From a virus (lineage: Duplodnaviria; Caudoviricetes), in the IMG/VR virus record IMGVR_UViG_3300037789_000005, positions 1 to 31,239 of that record: a stretch of 31,239 bases of DNA, one strand, 5' to 3'. Each line of letters opens with the position of its first letter. The stretch's first letter is position 1. A program made the translations under genes and the position numbers. Shown here one piece after another: positions 1-8,805 of the stretch. Below the pieces are notes generated by a model. It ran no database searches. It saw only the letters and a program-made list of their open reading frames with translations, and had not been told where the DNA came from.

Positions 1-224
1 GACTCAAGAATAGTAGTACGTGCAAGTACGCCAGCGTTGTAGGTACCAAGACCTACTTCGAAGTCACCAGTACCAGCATCAACAATAGCGTAGTATGTGG
101 TATCGCCATCGCTTAAAGCGGCAGCAAAGGACTGAAAACCATCTGCAGCACCAGCAAGGGTAACCGAGCCAGTACCAGTAGTTACAGACGTTTCTTTTAC
201 TCTGTCTTTTACGACCAAAGCCAT
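1..224 (-). CDS. Putative tail/tail-fibre-associated virion protein, N-terminal part (runs off window)
   Basis: Not in ORF track. Manual translation MALVVKDRVKETSVTTGTGSVTLAGAADGFQSF...FEVGLGTY; GAGGT RBS upstream of ATG 224. This N-terminus is typical of alphaproteobacterial phage tail proteins. Confidence 0.7.
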   Translation of the reverse strand, partial: MALVVKDRVKETSVTTGTGSVTLAGAADGFQSFAAALSDGDTTYYAIVDAGTGDFEVGLGTYNAGVLARTTILE

Positions 225-239
225 AGCGATACCTCAGTG

Positions 240-677
240 TTAGGCGATACGAATGATTGCGTTCGAAGCGTCAGCAGTCGGGAACTGAATAGTGAAGTCA
301 CCATTAGTCGAAGTCTTCGTGCCGCCGAAGTCGATTACTGCAATTGCTCTGTTAGCTTTGGAAGAGTTGTAAATGATACAACCATCTGCAGATACAGTTG
401 CAGTCAGAATAACTTCATCAGCGAAGTCAACGAATGCAGTCGTACCAGAAAGCGTTACAGTAGCACCATCAAGTGCTTGACCACCAGCAGAATAACCAGT
501 GCCTACAGCTTCATCTGCGTTACCAGTTACATCAGAGTAGTTGGTAGTTGCAGCAGAGTAGGAACCAGTTGGAGATGCTTTGATCAGAGCCAGCTTGATG
601 ACATCAGTGTCGAGGTCATGAATACCACCAAGAAGTTCTTGCTTGAAGGTATTGCAGAGCGCCGTAGTGATAGCCAT
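240..677 (-). CDS. Virion structural protein downstream of the major capsid gene
   Basis: 145 aa, A/T/G-rich beta-type protein (MAITTALCNTFKQELL...IDFGGTKTSTNGDFTIQFP); AAGGA RBS; lies in structural module. Confidence 0.7.
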   Translation of the reverse strand: MAITTALCNTFKQELLGGIHDLDTDVIKLALIKASPTGSYSAATTNYSDVTGNADEAVGTGYSAGGQALDGATVTLSGTTAFVDFADEVILTATVSADGCIIYNSSKANRAIAVIDFGGTKTSTNGDFTIQFPTADASNAIIRIA

Positions 678-716
678 GCTAGATTTCCTTGTTTAAGGGT
701 GTTACAAGACACAATA

Positions 717-743
717 GGGCCAGTGCTATAGTAGCACCAGCCC
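717..743 (-). terminator. Hairpin after major capsid gene (probable terminator or attenuator)
   Basis: Minus strand GGGCTGGTGCT-ACTAT-AGCACTGGCCC (11 bp with G-U pairs) followed by TATTGTGTCTT. Confidence 0.55.
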
Positions 744-756
744 CAAGTAGTGTCAA
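728..756 (-). promoter_or_regulatory. Sigma70-like promoter overlapping the post-capsid hairpin
   Basis: TTGACA (756-751), 17 nt spacer, TACTAT (733-728). Confidence 0.5.
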
Positions 757-1809
757 TTAGGCAGCGTTGTAGTTTGCGGTAACGATAGCCTCAGGACGCA
801 GAATCTTGCGACCATAGAGGTGTGCACCACGAACAACGTCAGCGAAGGCAGTCTGCGAACGGAACGATTCAACTTTGTTGATCTGTTCAGCAGTTGCGAC
901 AGCCGAGTCATGACCTGCGACGAGAACGCCATAGTTGGTTGACTGAGCAGTTGCACCAGACGTACCAGAACCAGTACCAACCTGAACAGTGTTGTTCGAA
1001 ACGTATACACGGAAGCCGTGCAGGTTGTTAAGAACCAGACCGTTCTGGAGGCCAGCGCCGCCAAAGTCAGCGTTCAGCAGACGGGAGTCTTCGTCTTTCA
1101 GCAGTTCAACAAACACTGGATCGACAACAACCCAACGACCACGGGTATCAACGTTACGCTGATCCATCAGGCGACCCATACGTGCCAGAATCTGGAGCGG
1201 GGTAGCAGTGGTAGTCGAAGCCGACTGAGCGCCACCAAGACGAGGAGCAACTGGGATCGAGTCGCCAGCAGAACCTGCAGTGGTGATGTTACCGAACGAA
1301 GTGATGTCCAGTTTGTTTGCAGCCAGAAGTTCGTCAGCGCCTGCAGCCGAGTCAGCTTTGGTGCCGTTAGGTGCAGTACGTGCAGTACCGTCAGCATTGT
1401 AGCCCGACATGTAAGCAAGAACTTCAAGGTCGTAGGTGTCAGCCAGACGGTAACCAGCACGATCAGTAGCCATACGCATGAAGTCAATATGCGAGTGAGC
1501 TTCTTCGATGTCGTCGAGTTCGAACTGGAAGTAGTTAGCCTGATCGATTACCAGCGAGAAGTCTGCATCGTTGAGAGCCTGAGAAACCAGCGGAGTACCA
1601 CGCTTCAGCGAGTTAACGGTGATTTCAGGTTCTTTGATGATGCGAACGGTGTCGCCTTGGTTTGCAATCTCACCGAAGTAATCGGAGTTGGTGATTGCAG
1701 CAGCAGTTGCAGATTTACGGAAAGCAATCTGTGCCTGCTTCGAGTAGATGACTGGCGAGAAGTTGCCATTCGGCAGGTTAGTCCATGCCGTTTCAGATGC
1801 GAATGCCAT
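757..1809 (-). CDS. Major capsid protein (P22 coat/N4-gp56-like)
   Basis: 350 aa; motifs ITNSDYFGEI..QGDTVRI, L.IDQANYF.F..DDIE, FADVVRG.HLYGRKILRPEA; strong codon bias; AGGAG RBS; follows scaffold. Confidence 0.92.
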   Translation of the reverse strand: MAFASETAWTNLPNGNFSPVIYSKQAQIAFRKSATAAAITNSDYFGEIANQGDTVRIIKEPEITVNSLKRGTPLVSQALNDADFSLVIDQANYFQFELDDIEEAHSHIDFMRMATDRAGYRLADTYDLEVLAYMSGYNADGTARTAPNGTKADSAAGADELLAANKLDITSFGNITTAGSAGDSIPVAPRLGGAQSASTTTATPLQILARMGRLMDQRNVDTRGRWVVVDPVFVELLKDEDSRLLNADFGGAGLQNGLVLNNLHGFRVYVSNNTVQVGTGSGTSGATAQSTNYGVLVAGHDSAVATAEQINKVESFRSQTAFADVVRGAHLYGRKILRPEAIVTANYNAA

Positions 1810-1874
1810 AATAGTGTCTCCTATGAATATGACAGTTTCTTTGGGGGTTGGTTAGTTCAAAACATCATATCCAC

Positions 1875-2055
1875 GTAAGAGGCCTATCGTTTTCGAGGGT
1901 TGCAGAACATGAAGGGATGCCTCCCTTATTATGCGCTGGGCCTCTACTTGTAGGGTAGTTCTTGTGTGGGTAGTGCTTTGGTGAGGTAGGAGGAAACGTT
2001 TTAAGTCCGCAGCCCTACCTCAGAAAGCATACAACAAAACTACATCTGTTGTATG
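1875..2055 (-). ncRNA. Structured 5' leader of capsid mRNA
   Basis: Three stems: 2028-2055, 1982-2022, and 1875-1947 with an inner AAGGGA/TCCCTT stem. Confidence 0.5.
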
Positions 2056-2061
2056 TCAGTA

Positions 2062-2089
2062 GTTATACATATCCTTTTGGTAGTGTCAA
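2062..2089 (-). promoter_or_regulatory. Sigma70-like promoter for the capsid gene
   Basis: TTGACA-N16-TATAAC(T); same motif recurs at 12986-13013 and 25650-25678. Confidence 0.7.
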
Positions 2090-2092
2090 CTA

Positions 2093-3001
2093 CTATTTCT
2101 TCAAATCATACACAAACTTACCTTCACGTTGTGCCTGAATAATCTTGTCGTAGTTCTTTTCAAACTCTTTGTCCGACATCTTTGCTACACTGGACTCGCT
2201 GAATGCAGGTTCAACTGTATCTTTAACAACCGCAGTCTTAGTGCGAGGCTTAACAGAAGATGCAGCAGCTTTCTCATCTGCCGTAGAAGTACCCTTAGGT
2301 TTAATACCCATGGCATTCTTATAGGAGGAGATCACATAAGCAATCTCTTCTACGGTAGAGTCTTTGCTGTACAAGGCGTTCTGTACTAGCTTTGGTTGTT
2401 TTTCTGCCCAATCATGGAAAGCATCATCATCACGAATAGAAACAAAGTCAGGGTGTATAGCCATAAGCTCAGCTTCTGCACGTTGACGTTTAGCCTTCGC
2501 CTCCATCTTCTCAATCTCTTTGAGACGGGCATCCAGTTTAGCATCATTCTCTTGTGCTTTCTGTGCAGCAATAGCCTCAATGACACTAGCTGCCTCAGGA
2601 TATTTCTTAACCCATTCCTGTACATCAGTCTGGGTCTTCGGAAGTTCAATAGCGTTTTGCTTTGCTTCCTCAATCTGAGCAAGATAAGTTTGCTCTTTCT
2701 CTTTCCACTCAGCTTCTTTACGTTGCATCAATGCACGTAAGTCACCATAGCGTTTCTTGAAAGTCTTATCTTCCTCAGAGAGTTCTTCCTCAGCCTCAGG
2801 CTTTTCAGTAGTCTCTACCTTTTCAGCTTCAACTACTGGTGTCTCTTGCCTCTCTTCCTGTTCTACTTCTTGGGCTTCTGGCTCTTCTTTCTTTGTGCCT
2901 AGATGCTCAGCTAGTAGTGCTTCCAGTTCTTTCTCTTCACGTTGAATACGATCTTGATTACGCTTATGCGAGAACGAGGTAAGTTCCTGATCTTCAGTCA
3001 T
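2093..3001 (-). CDS. Capsid scaffolding protein
   Basis: 302 aa, acidic coiled-coil, FKKRYGDLR motif, C-terminal MS..EFEK..D.I..A..EG; directly upstream of major capsid. Confidence 0.75.
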   Translation of the reverse strand: MTEDQELTSFSHKRNQDRIQREEKELEALLAEHLGTKKEEPEAQEVEQEERQETPVVEAEKVETTEKPEAEEELSEEDKTFKKRYGDLRALMQRKEAEWKEKEQTYLAQIEEAKQNAIELPKTQTDVQEWVKKYPEAASVIEAIAAQKAQENDAKLDARLKEIEKMEAKAKRQRAEAELMAIHPDFVSIRDDDAFHDWAEKQPKLVQNALYSKDSTVEEIAYVISSYKNAMGIKPKGTSTADEKAAASSVKPRTKTAVVKDTVEPAFSESSVAKMSDKEFEKNYDKIIQAQREGKFVYDLKK

Positions 3002-3069
3002 GTGTATTTCCTTATGTTGGGGCCAGCCTTAGCTGGGTAGGCCTTATTGTTTTATGGAGGGTTAGTAGT

Positions 3070-4227
3070 TTATTTGTCTTCGTCGTCTTTGTTCCCACTG
3101 AAGAAGTCTTTAACTCCTTGCCAGAAACCTCCGCCTGTACTTTCATCGTTAGCGGAACCAGATGATGCATCACGTGAATCATCCAAACTCTTAGCTTGTT
3201 TACCTGTACCACCAGTACGTCTTGCTCCATTGAAGGAGTCACCAAGTCCTGCACCTTGTACGCCAGCCTTACCGTCAAGACCAAGCAAGTCACCAAACCA
3301 AGTATCACCGAGGTCACGTTTACCGTCACCATCGTTATCATTAAGAGTACCGCCGCCACCCATGACGCCACCACCACCAAAGATACCATCGCCAACATCT
3401 TTACCACGAGTGGTAGCTTGGTCGAAGATATCAAAGTACTGCTGCTTTTCTGCTTCAGTAGTAGCATTTTGGAAACGTGTCTGAGCTTCACGAGCAACAG
3501 CAGAGTTAATTGCACGAGAGCCAATGCCAACAAGCCCAGCAAATGGCGTAGCAGAAGCAAGACCCATGGCAATGTTGCCACCCTTACCTGTGAGGAAACC
3601 AGTCAGATCTCCTAGCTGTTCACCAGAAAGCTCTGAGAGGCCCTTAGCAGCGTCTTCTACTTCATTCCTAGCTGTCCTACCAATTTGTGTCTCAGGGCCA
3701 TCAGAACGGCTCTCCGTGACTGTGACAGCCTGTTCAGTAGCTGGAGTGTCAGCGGCTGCATCATACGGAGTATAACCCGGAGGAATAGGTGATACAGGCT
3801 GACCATTCACAAAGCGGATAGTAAGTGTCATACCTTCTGCGTTGCGATAGGTGCGATACTCTTCATTACCACCAGCAGAGGTACCCTGCAGAAAGTCTGG
3901 TACTTCCATCTGAGTTACAACACCACCTTCAGCAAAACCGGGTACATCATCCTCTACATCAATAACACTAAGCTCCTCGGCGGAGAATGGCATATCGTCA
4001 TCCATAGGCTCATTACCCATGCGACCCTCAGAGTGCATATCCTGTAATTCACCTTTGGCTTTCTGACCAAGCTCCTCAAAGAAGCGTACGCCAAAGTAAC
4101 GTACAACATCAGCAGGGACAACATACTCGCCTTCACTTAGTTTAGCGTCTACGTTATCACGTACTTCTTGGGGCATAGCACCTACGGGTACTTCATTACC
4201 GCTTACAGGATCAATCTCATTTTCCAT
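3070..4227 (-). CDS. Putative virion/internal protein
   Basis: 385 aa; AKLSEGEYVVPADVVR motif, FAEGG motif, Gly-rich C-terminus with DNDGDG; between portal and scaffold. Confidence 0.6.
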   Translation of the reverse strand: MENEIDPVSGNEVPVGAMPQEVRDNVDAKLSEGEYVVPADVVRYFGVRFFEELGQKAKGELQDMHSEGRMGNEPMDDDMPFSAEELSVIDVEDDVPGFAEGGVVTQMEVPDFLQGTSAGGNEEYRTYRNAEGMTLTIRFVNGQPVSPIPPGYTPYDAAADTPATEQAVTVTESRSDGPETQIGRTARNEVEDAAKGLSELSGEQLGDLTGFLTGKGGNIAMGLASATPFAGLVGIGSRAINSAVAREAQTRFQNATTEAEKQQYFDIFDQATTRGKDVGDGIFGGGGVMGGGGTLNDNDGDGKRDLGDTWFGDLLGLDGKAGVQGAGLGDSFNGARRTGGTGKQAKSLDDSRDASSGSANDESTGGGFWQGVKDFFSGNKDDEDK

Positions 4228-4408
4228 TTAGTACATCCCTCATATACTTTAGTTTTCGTAGTGCGCCAATGGAACCCTGCATACGATAGATAGCTACAGT
4301 ATCATTAAGGTTTTCTAAGCTGCGGTTATACTTTTCAATCTCTTCATCAAGGTAGTCGCAGAACTGATCCCACGACTCCTTGTTGTTTACCATAGACTTA
4401 AGCGACAT
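4217..4408 (-). CDS. Small conserved protein after portal
   Basis: 63 aa with IYRMQG.I.AL motif; overlaps both neighbours, consistent with translational coupling. Confidence 0.7.
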   Translation of the reverse strand: MSLKSMVNNKESWDQFCDYLDEEIEKYNRSLENLNDTVAIYRMQGSIGALRKLKYMRDVLNGK

Positions 4409-6524
4409 TACCTGTGAATCCTTGTTCGCCGGGTGCTGGAGCCATACCTACACCGATCTGTGAACCGCCGCCACCAGAGGTATCCATTGCCTGTGCTCCT
4501 GCTGGTACTTCACCCTGAGGCGCTGGGCCTTGAGGTTGTGGACCCATAGGAGGTTGTGCAGGTTGTTGGAAGCCTTTGAGAATCTCAGCTTGGATGGCTG
4601 CGTCTTGCATAGAGTTAGTAACCTTATCAGGATCAAGGTCCATGCTCTTAGCAATCTCACGAATAATATAATCCATTTTTGCGAAGGGTGCAAGTGTTGG
4701 ATTCTGTGCAACTCCAAGGAACTGCATAAGACGCTGAGATCGTACCTCATTAGCCATGAGAGACTCAGTACCAGATGCATGTACTTCAAGGTCACCACGG
4801 ATATCAGGATCAAAGTCAAACTGCATGTTGAATGCGAAGAATGCTTTGCCGATAGGACGCAGCAGGTAGTCGTCTACGTTCTTGACGACACTACGAATGC
4901 TACCATTAGCAGCAGACATAAGCATAGAGATACCAGATGCAGTCCGACCAACCCCAGATACACCTGTCTGACCATGAGCAAAGCTTGGGAAGCCTGTGCT
5001 TTCATCTGCAAGAACTCGTGCTTTATCAAAGAGTTGCAGGTTTTCGTTAGCTACGTTAGGGAACTTAGTACCGAAGATAGCCTGACCCGGTGCACCACCT
5101 TGACGACGGAATACCTTACCGGGGTATACAGAAAGGTCTTGCCCCGGAACAAGGTTAGTCTCATCTACTTCAATGATAAGGTTACCAGAAAGTGCAGCGT
5201 TATCAATAGCCATACGCATGAAGCCATTCATCAAGGTCTGCGTATCATCCATGTTCTCAGCAATACCGATACCGAAGAACGAGTAAGGGTTATGCTCGTA
5301 AGGTACAGCGTAGTAAGGAATACGTGCAGGCTTGAACGGGTTAAGCATTAGGCGAAGGATACGACCATTGCATACCCAGATGTTAGCATTAACTTGATCC
5401 AAGTCTTTCAGAGCGCTGGGCAGCTTCATGCCGTACTCTTCAAGCATCTCAGAGTCAATGTAACCCCAGAACTCCTTTACTTCCCAACGTTCAGATGCAG
5501 CAGGTACAGCATCACCGTCTTCCATCTTCTGTTCCCAGTGTTTCAAGATGTAGTCAGGACCAGCAGCTACAGCAAAGTCAATCTCATCATCAATGAAGAA
5601 TGGGCGGTTCTTAAGTGCATACAGATCACGGCGAGACATCTTGTGACGCTGCACAACATACTCTGCCTCATCCATGCTACGTGCTTCTGGATCTGGATAG
5701 AAGTCCCATACAGAAACGTGGCTAGTTTCAGGTACAGTCTTAATCAGCGGCTCATATTCACCGTCTTCATTCCAGTTAGGGTACTCTTTGTCTACAGCAA
5801 ACGGTCCCTTCATAACACCAGTACCAAGCAAGGCCATCTCAAATGCCATGCTACGCAGGTGAGTAGAAGCACCAGACTCCATCAACTGGTCATGGATTTT
5901 CTTTTCCATCTTCTTAGCTGCAATCATAGCAGGATGGAAAGTTACAGTGGTAGGACCAGTGCCGTCACCTTCGATGATCTTCTCTGTTACAGGTGCAAGC
6001 TTATCCTTAAGCGGACCTAGACGTGCCTGTAGGTCTTTGAGTGTCTCACCCGGTTTAAGCTTAGTGTCAGGCCCAATGAGGTAAGGTGCAGGTGCAGAGT
6101 CCTGCATAGCAGCCTTAAGTGGGTCCATACCCTTTTCAGCATTAGGGTCAATGTTGATATGCACAGACTCAGCTACACCATCAGGAAGTACAGAAGGCTC
6201 AACCGAAAGAGGGAACTTGTTGTTACCAAACAGTACGTCAACGATCTGACCATAAGCTGCTTGTGTCTTTGTCTTAGTTACCTTGATGAATACACGAGAC
6301 TTTTCAGTATCAGTGAACTGTACATCAGGACCATAGATACCACGATAGTTACGATACGCTGTCATCCAACGTTCTTCGTCACCACGTCTTGCGTCCTCTG
6401 AGCGTGTAAAGCGTTCTTCAACGAACGATACAATGCTGCCTGAGGAAGTTATAATCTTATCATCCGCACTTTCAGCGGCGATCATTTCGTCTGTTTCAAA
6501 TGGGGCTTCGTTCATGTCTGCCAT
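4398..6524 (-). CDS. Portal protein
   Basis: 708 aa after TerL; SVWDFYPDP, PYSFFGIGIAE, RTASGISML motifs; Q/P-rich tail. Confidence 0.88.
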   Translation of the reverse strand: MADMNEAPFETDEMIAAESADDKIITSSGSIVSFVEERFTRSEDARRGDEERWMTAYRNYRGIYGPDVQFTDTEKSRVFIKVTKTKTQAAYGQIVDVLFGNNKFPLSVEPSVLPDGVAESVHINIDPNAEKGMDPLKAAMQDSAPAPYLIGPDTKLKPGETLKDLQARLGPLKDKLAPVTEKIIEGDGTGPTTVTFHPAMIAAKKMEKKIHDQLMESGASTHLRSMAFEMALLGTGVMKGPFAVDKEYPNWNEDGEYEPLIKTVPETSHVSVWDFYPDPEARSMDEAEYVVQRHKMSRRDLYALKNRPFFIDDEIDFAVAAGPDYILKHWEQKMEDGDAVPAASERWEVKEFWGYIDSEMLEEYGMKLPSALKDLDQVNANIWVCNGRILRLMLNPFKPARIPYYAVPYEHNPYSFFGIGIAENMDDTQTLMNGFMRMAIDNAALSGNLIIEVDETNLVPGQDLSVYPGKVFRRQGGAPGQAIFGTKFPNVANENLQLFDKARVLADESTGFPSFAHGQTGVSGVGRTASGISMLMSAANGSIRSVVKNVDDYLLRPIGKAFFAFNMQFDFDPDIRGDLEVHASGTESLMANEVRSQRLMQFLGVAQNPTLAPFAKMDYIIREIAKSMDLDPDKVTNSMQDAAIQAEILKGFQQPAQPPMGPQPQGPAPQGEVPAGAQAMDTSGGGGSQIGVGMAPAPGEQGFTGNVA

Positions 6525-6526
6525 AG

Positions 6527-8125
6527 TTAGTATCCAAACTTACTGTCTGCTGCCTGAAATCCAGTGCGTTGTGTTGCGGGGTTGAAGTCCCATATAGAAC
6601 TCCGAGGTCTAGTCATAACACCGTACCTGATTGCGTCATACAGGTGGTCTTCGGCATTAGTGTCAACATCTTCTGGATTCTTCTTGTCCAGTGGGATGGA
6701 AGGAAGTTGTGCGATTACGTTAGTACAGTTAGAGAAGAACACAATGCGAGGCTTACCTGTAAACTCATCCACCTGCAAACGTCTGTGAATTTCGTTCTTA
6801 CCTGCAATGCGAGAACCTCTAGAGCGATCTGATGGACGCCAGCGGCAACCCTTCATGTTCATTTGTTCTGCTAGTGATGGACCAGTGTCACCTCTGTTAT
6901 GCCACAAGGAGGAGTCGAGTACTCCATAACGAATACCACCATCGCCTTTCTCAACATCAAGGATCATGTCCGCCAGATCAGTAGCTGTAACTTTAGAGCA
7001 GTATAGTTCACGGTAAACGATAAGTTGTTCGTCAGGTGATACAGCGAACCAAACGACCCCAGTATAACTTCCATATCCATAGTCACACGCCCTAAACTTT
7101 GTCCACGTTGATGGGATTTCGAACGGTTCAATTACATGGTCTTTACGAGAGAACTCAGGGAAAGCAGCCCCTTCGTTGATATCCCAGTTACCTTCAAGAA
7201 GTTGTTTCCGTTGGTGCTCAGGTAGGGACAGAAGCATGGCTTCATAGTCACCTGTCTCAGCTAAGTATGGGTTGTCAAAAAGGCTAGCAGGAATGAAACG
7301 GCGTTTGAACAGGGGTTGCCCTGCTTTACTATGACCTTCGGGAAACGTAATAGTCTGCCCCGTTTCAATATTGGTAGCCCAGAAGGACTTACCTGAAGGG
7401 GCAGGGTCGATGAACATCTTCTTAACCCAAGCATGACCAGAGCCACCAGGGTTGGTTGTAGCTCTCATGTACAAACCTAGTTGGTTCGAGTGAGCACTAC
7501 GTAGACGTGATCTCATATAATCCCAAGCGTAAGGGCTAGGCCATTGAGTAAGCTCATCAAAGCCAATCCAGTTAAACGCCTGACCTTGGTATCTCGTAAC
7601 GTCGAGATCTTTGTCAAGGTAAGACATCCATAGTCGCCCACCTCTAGGTGATATCCAAGAAGACTTACGCTCTGACCACTTGATGCCGGGGATTGCACGA
7701 GGGTATAACTCCTGAGATTTCTGGATAAGTTCACGAAGTTCTTCTGTAGTGTGACGTACAAGTAGACCAGAGAAGTTAGGATCATTCAATCCATGTAGAG
7801 GGTCAGCAAGCATAGCGTAAGACTTACCACCACCTGCTGCACCACCATACAGAACCTCACGTTCTGATGCACTAAGGAACATGCTTTGAGGTCCTGGGTT
7901 AGGCTTGAACACAATGTTCTGTGCCTCTTGGACATCATACTCAGCAGGAACCGCCTGTGCAGGAACCTTAGGGGTGGCTTCTACTGCTTCACTCTTGGTC
8001 TGGCTCGACTGCTGAGTATGAACCGATGCTTTGTCTTTCGAGCTTTTCGATCTCTTGTAACGCCTCTTCGAGCCGCTTGGCAAGTCGGCGTTTGATAACA
8101 GATGCTTTCTTACGTCTTCGCTCAA
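6527..8125 (-). CDS. terL: Terminase large subunit (start uncertain)
   Basis: Walker A YGGAAGGGKS, Walker B IGFDE, RATTNPGG, nuclease motifs ACDYG and EDHLYDAIRY. Confidence 0.93.
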   Translation of the reverse strand: MSEDVRKHLLSNADLPSGSKRRYKRSKSSKDKASVHTQQSSQTKSEAVEATPKVPAQAVPAEYDVQEAQNIVFKPNPGPQSMFLSASEREVLYGGAAGGGKSYAMLADPLHGLNDPNFSGLLVRHTTEELRELIQKSQELYPRAIPGIKWSERKSSWISPRGGRLWMSYLDKDLDVTRYQGQAFNWIGFDELTQWPSPYAWDYMRSRLRSAHSNQLGLYMRATTNPGGSGHAWVKKMFIDPAPSGKSFWATNIETGQTITFPEGHSKAGQPLFKRRFIPASLFDNPYLAETGDYEAMLLSLPEHQRKQLLEGNWDINEGAAFPEFSRKDHVIEPFEIPSTWTKFRACDYGYGSYTGVVWFAVSPDEQLIVYRELYCSKVTATDLADMILDVEKGDGGIRYGVLDSSLWHNRGDTGPSLAEQMNMKGCRWRPSDRSRGSRIAGKNEIHRRLQVDEFTGKPRIVFFSNCTNVIAQLPSIPLDKKNPEDVDTNAEDHLYDAIRYGVMTRPRSSIWDFNPATQRTGFQAADSKFGY

Positions 8126-8417
8126 TGTCTACTCTTTTCTTTAAGCCCATAGCTGTGATGCTACGACCTGTGTGCTTTGTTAACCAAGCTGCTACATTCT
8201 TATAGCTGTATTGTTTCAGGTGTCTCTTGGCTAGTTCTAGCGCCTCAAGTTCAGACGGGATAGGTAAAAGCTGTCTAGGGTTATCTGGGTTTATCTCATA
8301 GCCAAAAGGTACAGAACTACTTACTTTAGCGATAACGTGCCACTCACGTTCCTTACCTTTCTTTGGCTTTGGTAGTTCCCAGAAGCCTAAGTCCCTATCG
8401 TAATCAAAGCGTGGCAC
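7989..8417 (-). CDS. DNA-binding protein resembling the recombinase domain of large serine recombinases
   Basis: VPFGYE...LLP.P.E.EAL......SY..VA.WL pattern, then a basic coiled coil; GTG start just after the terS stop. Confidence 0.6.
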   Translation of the reverse strand: MPRFDYDRDLGFWELPKPKKGKEREWHVIAKVSSSVPFGYEINPDNPRQLLPIPSELEALELAKRHLKQYSYKNVAAWLTKHTGRSITAMGLKKRVDIERRRKKASVIKRRLAKRLEEALQEIEKLERQSIGSYSAVEPDQE

Positions 8418-8419
8418 TG

Positions 8420-8794
8420 TTACTCGTTTTTACCTTCTTTAGGTGGCAGATAGAAGATACCGCCTTCGGAGGAAGAGATATCTACTTTGTCTACTTTACC
8501 AAGTCCTGCACGATCAAGCAAGTCTTTTGCTGCAGCCATCTTCTCTTTTACACCAAGCTCAGTAGGATCAAGCAACACATTGCTCATCGATACAGCAGCA
8601 CGTGGTGCAATACGTGAGAAGTATGTACGAGTTGCCTCAGTGATCTCATCCTTGAGTGCTTCAACAATAGCAGTTGTTGCAGTGCTGTCACTGTATCCTG
8701 CGAGTTTCTTTGCTGTTACTACATCACCATTAGCTTCCTCAAAGAGTACTTCAAGGAAACGCTTTTGATTGTCAGTTAGATTTTTCTTAGCCAT
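8420..8794 (-). CDS. terS: Terminase small subunit (putative)
   Basis: LTDNQKRFL...A.KLAGYS HTH-type N-terminus; AAKDLLDRAG; upstream of TerL. Confidence 0.7.
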   Translation of the reverse strand: MAKKNLTDNQKRFLEVLFEEANGDVVTAKKLAGYSDSTATTAIVEALKDEITEATRTYFSRIAPRAAVSMSNVLLDPTELGVKEKMAAAKDLLDRAGLGKVDKVDISSSEGGIFYLPPKEGKNE

Positions 8795-8805
8795 GTCTAG
8801 CGTTC

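Noticed and set aside
1018-1878. 286-aa plus-strand ORF, and similar antisense ORFs at 237-731, 4530-5351 and 5394-6020
   Set aside because: Antisense shadows of strongly codon-biased structural genes; no RBS or recognisable motifs.
3012-3581. 189-aa Leu-rich alternative-frame ORF
   Set aside because: Leu/Val richness is the expected +1-frame product of T-ending codons; no lipobox, RBS or local codon anomaly.
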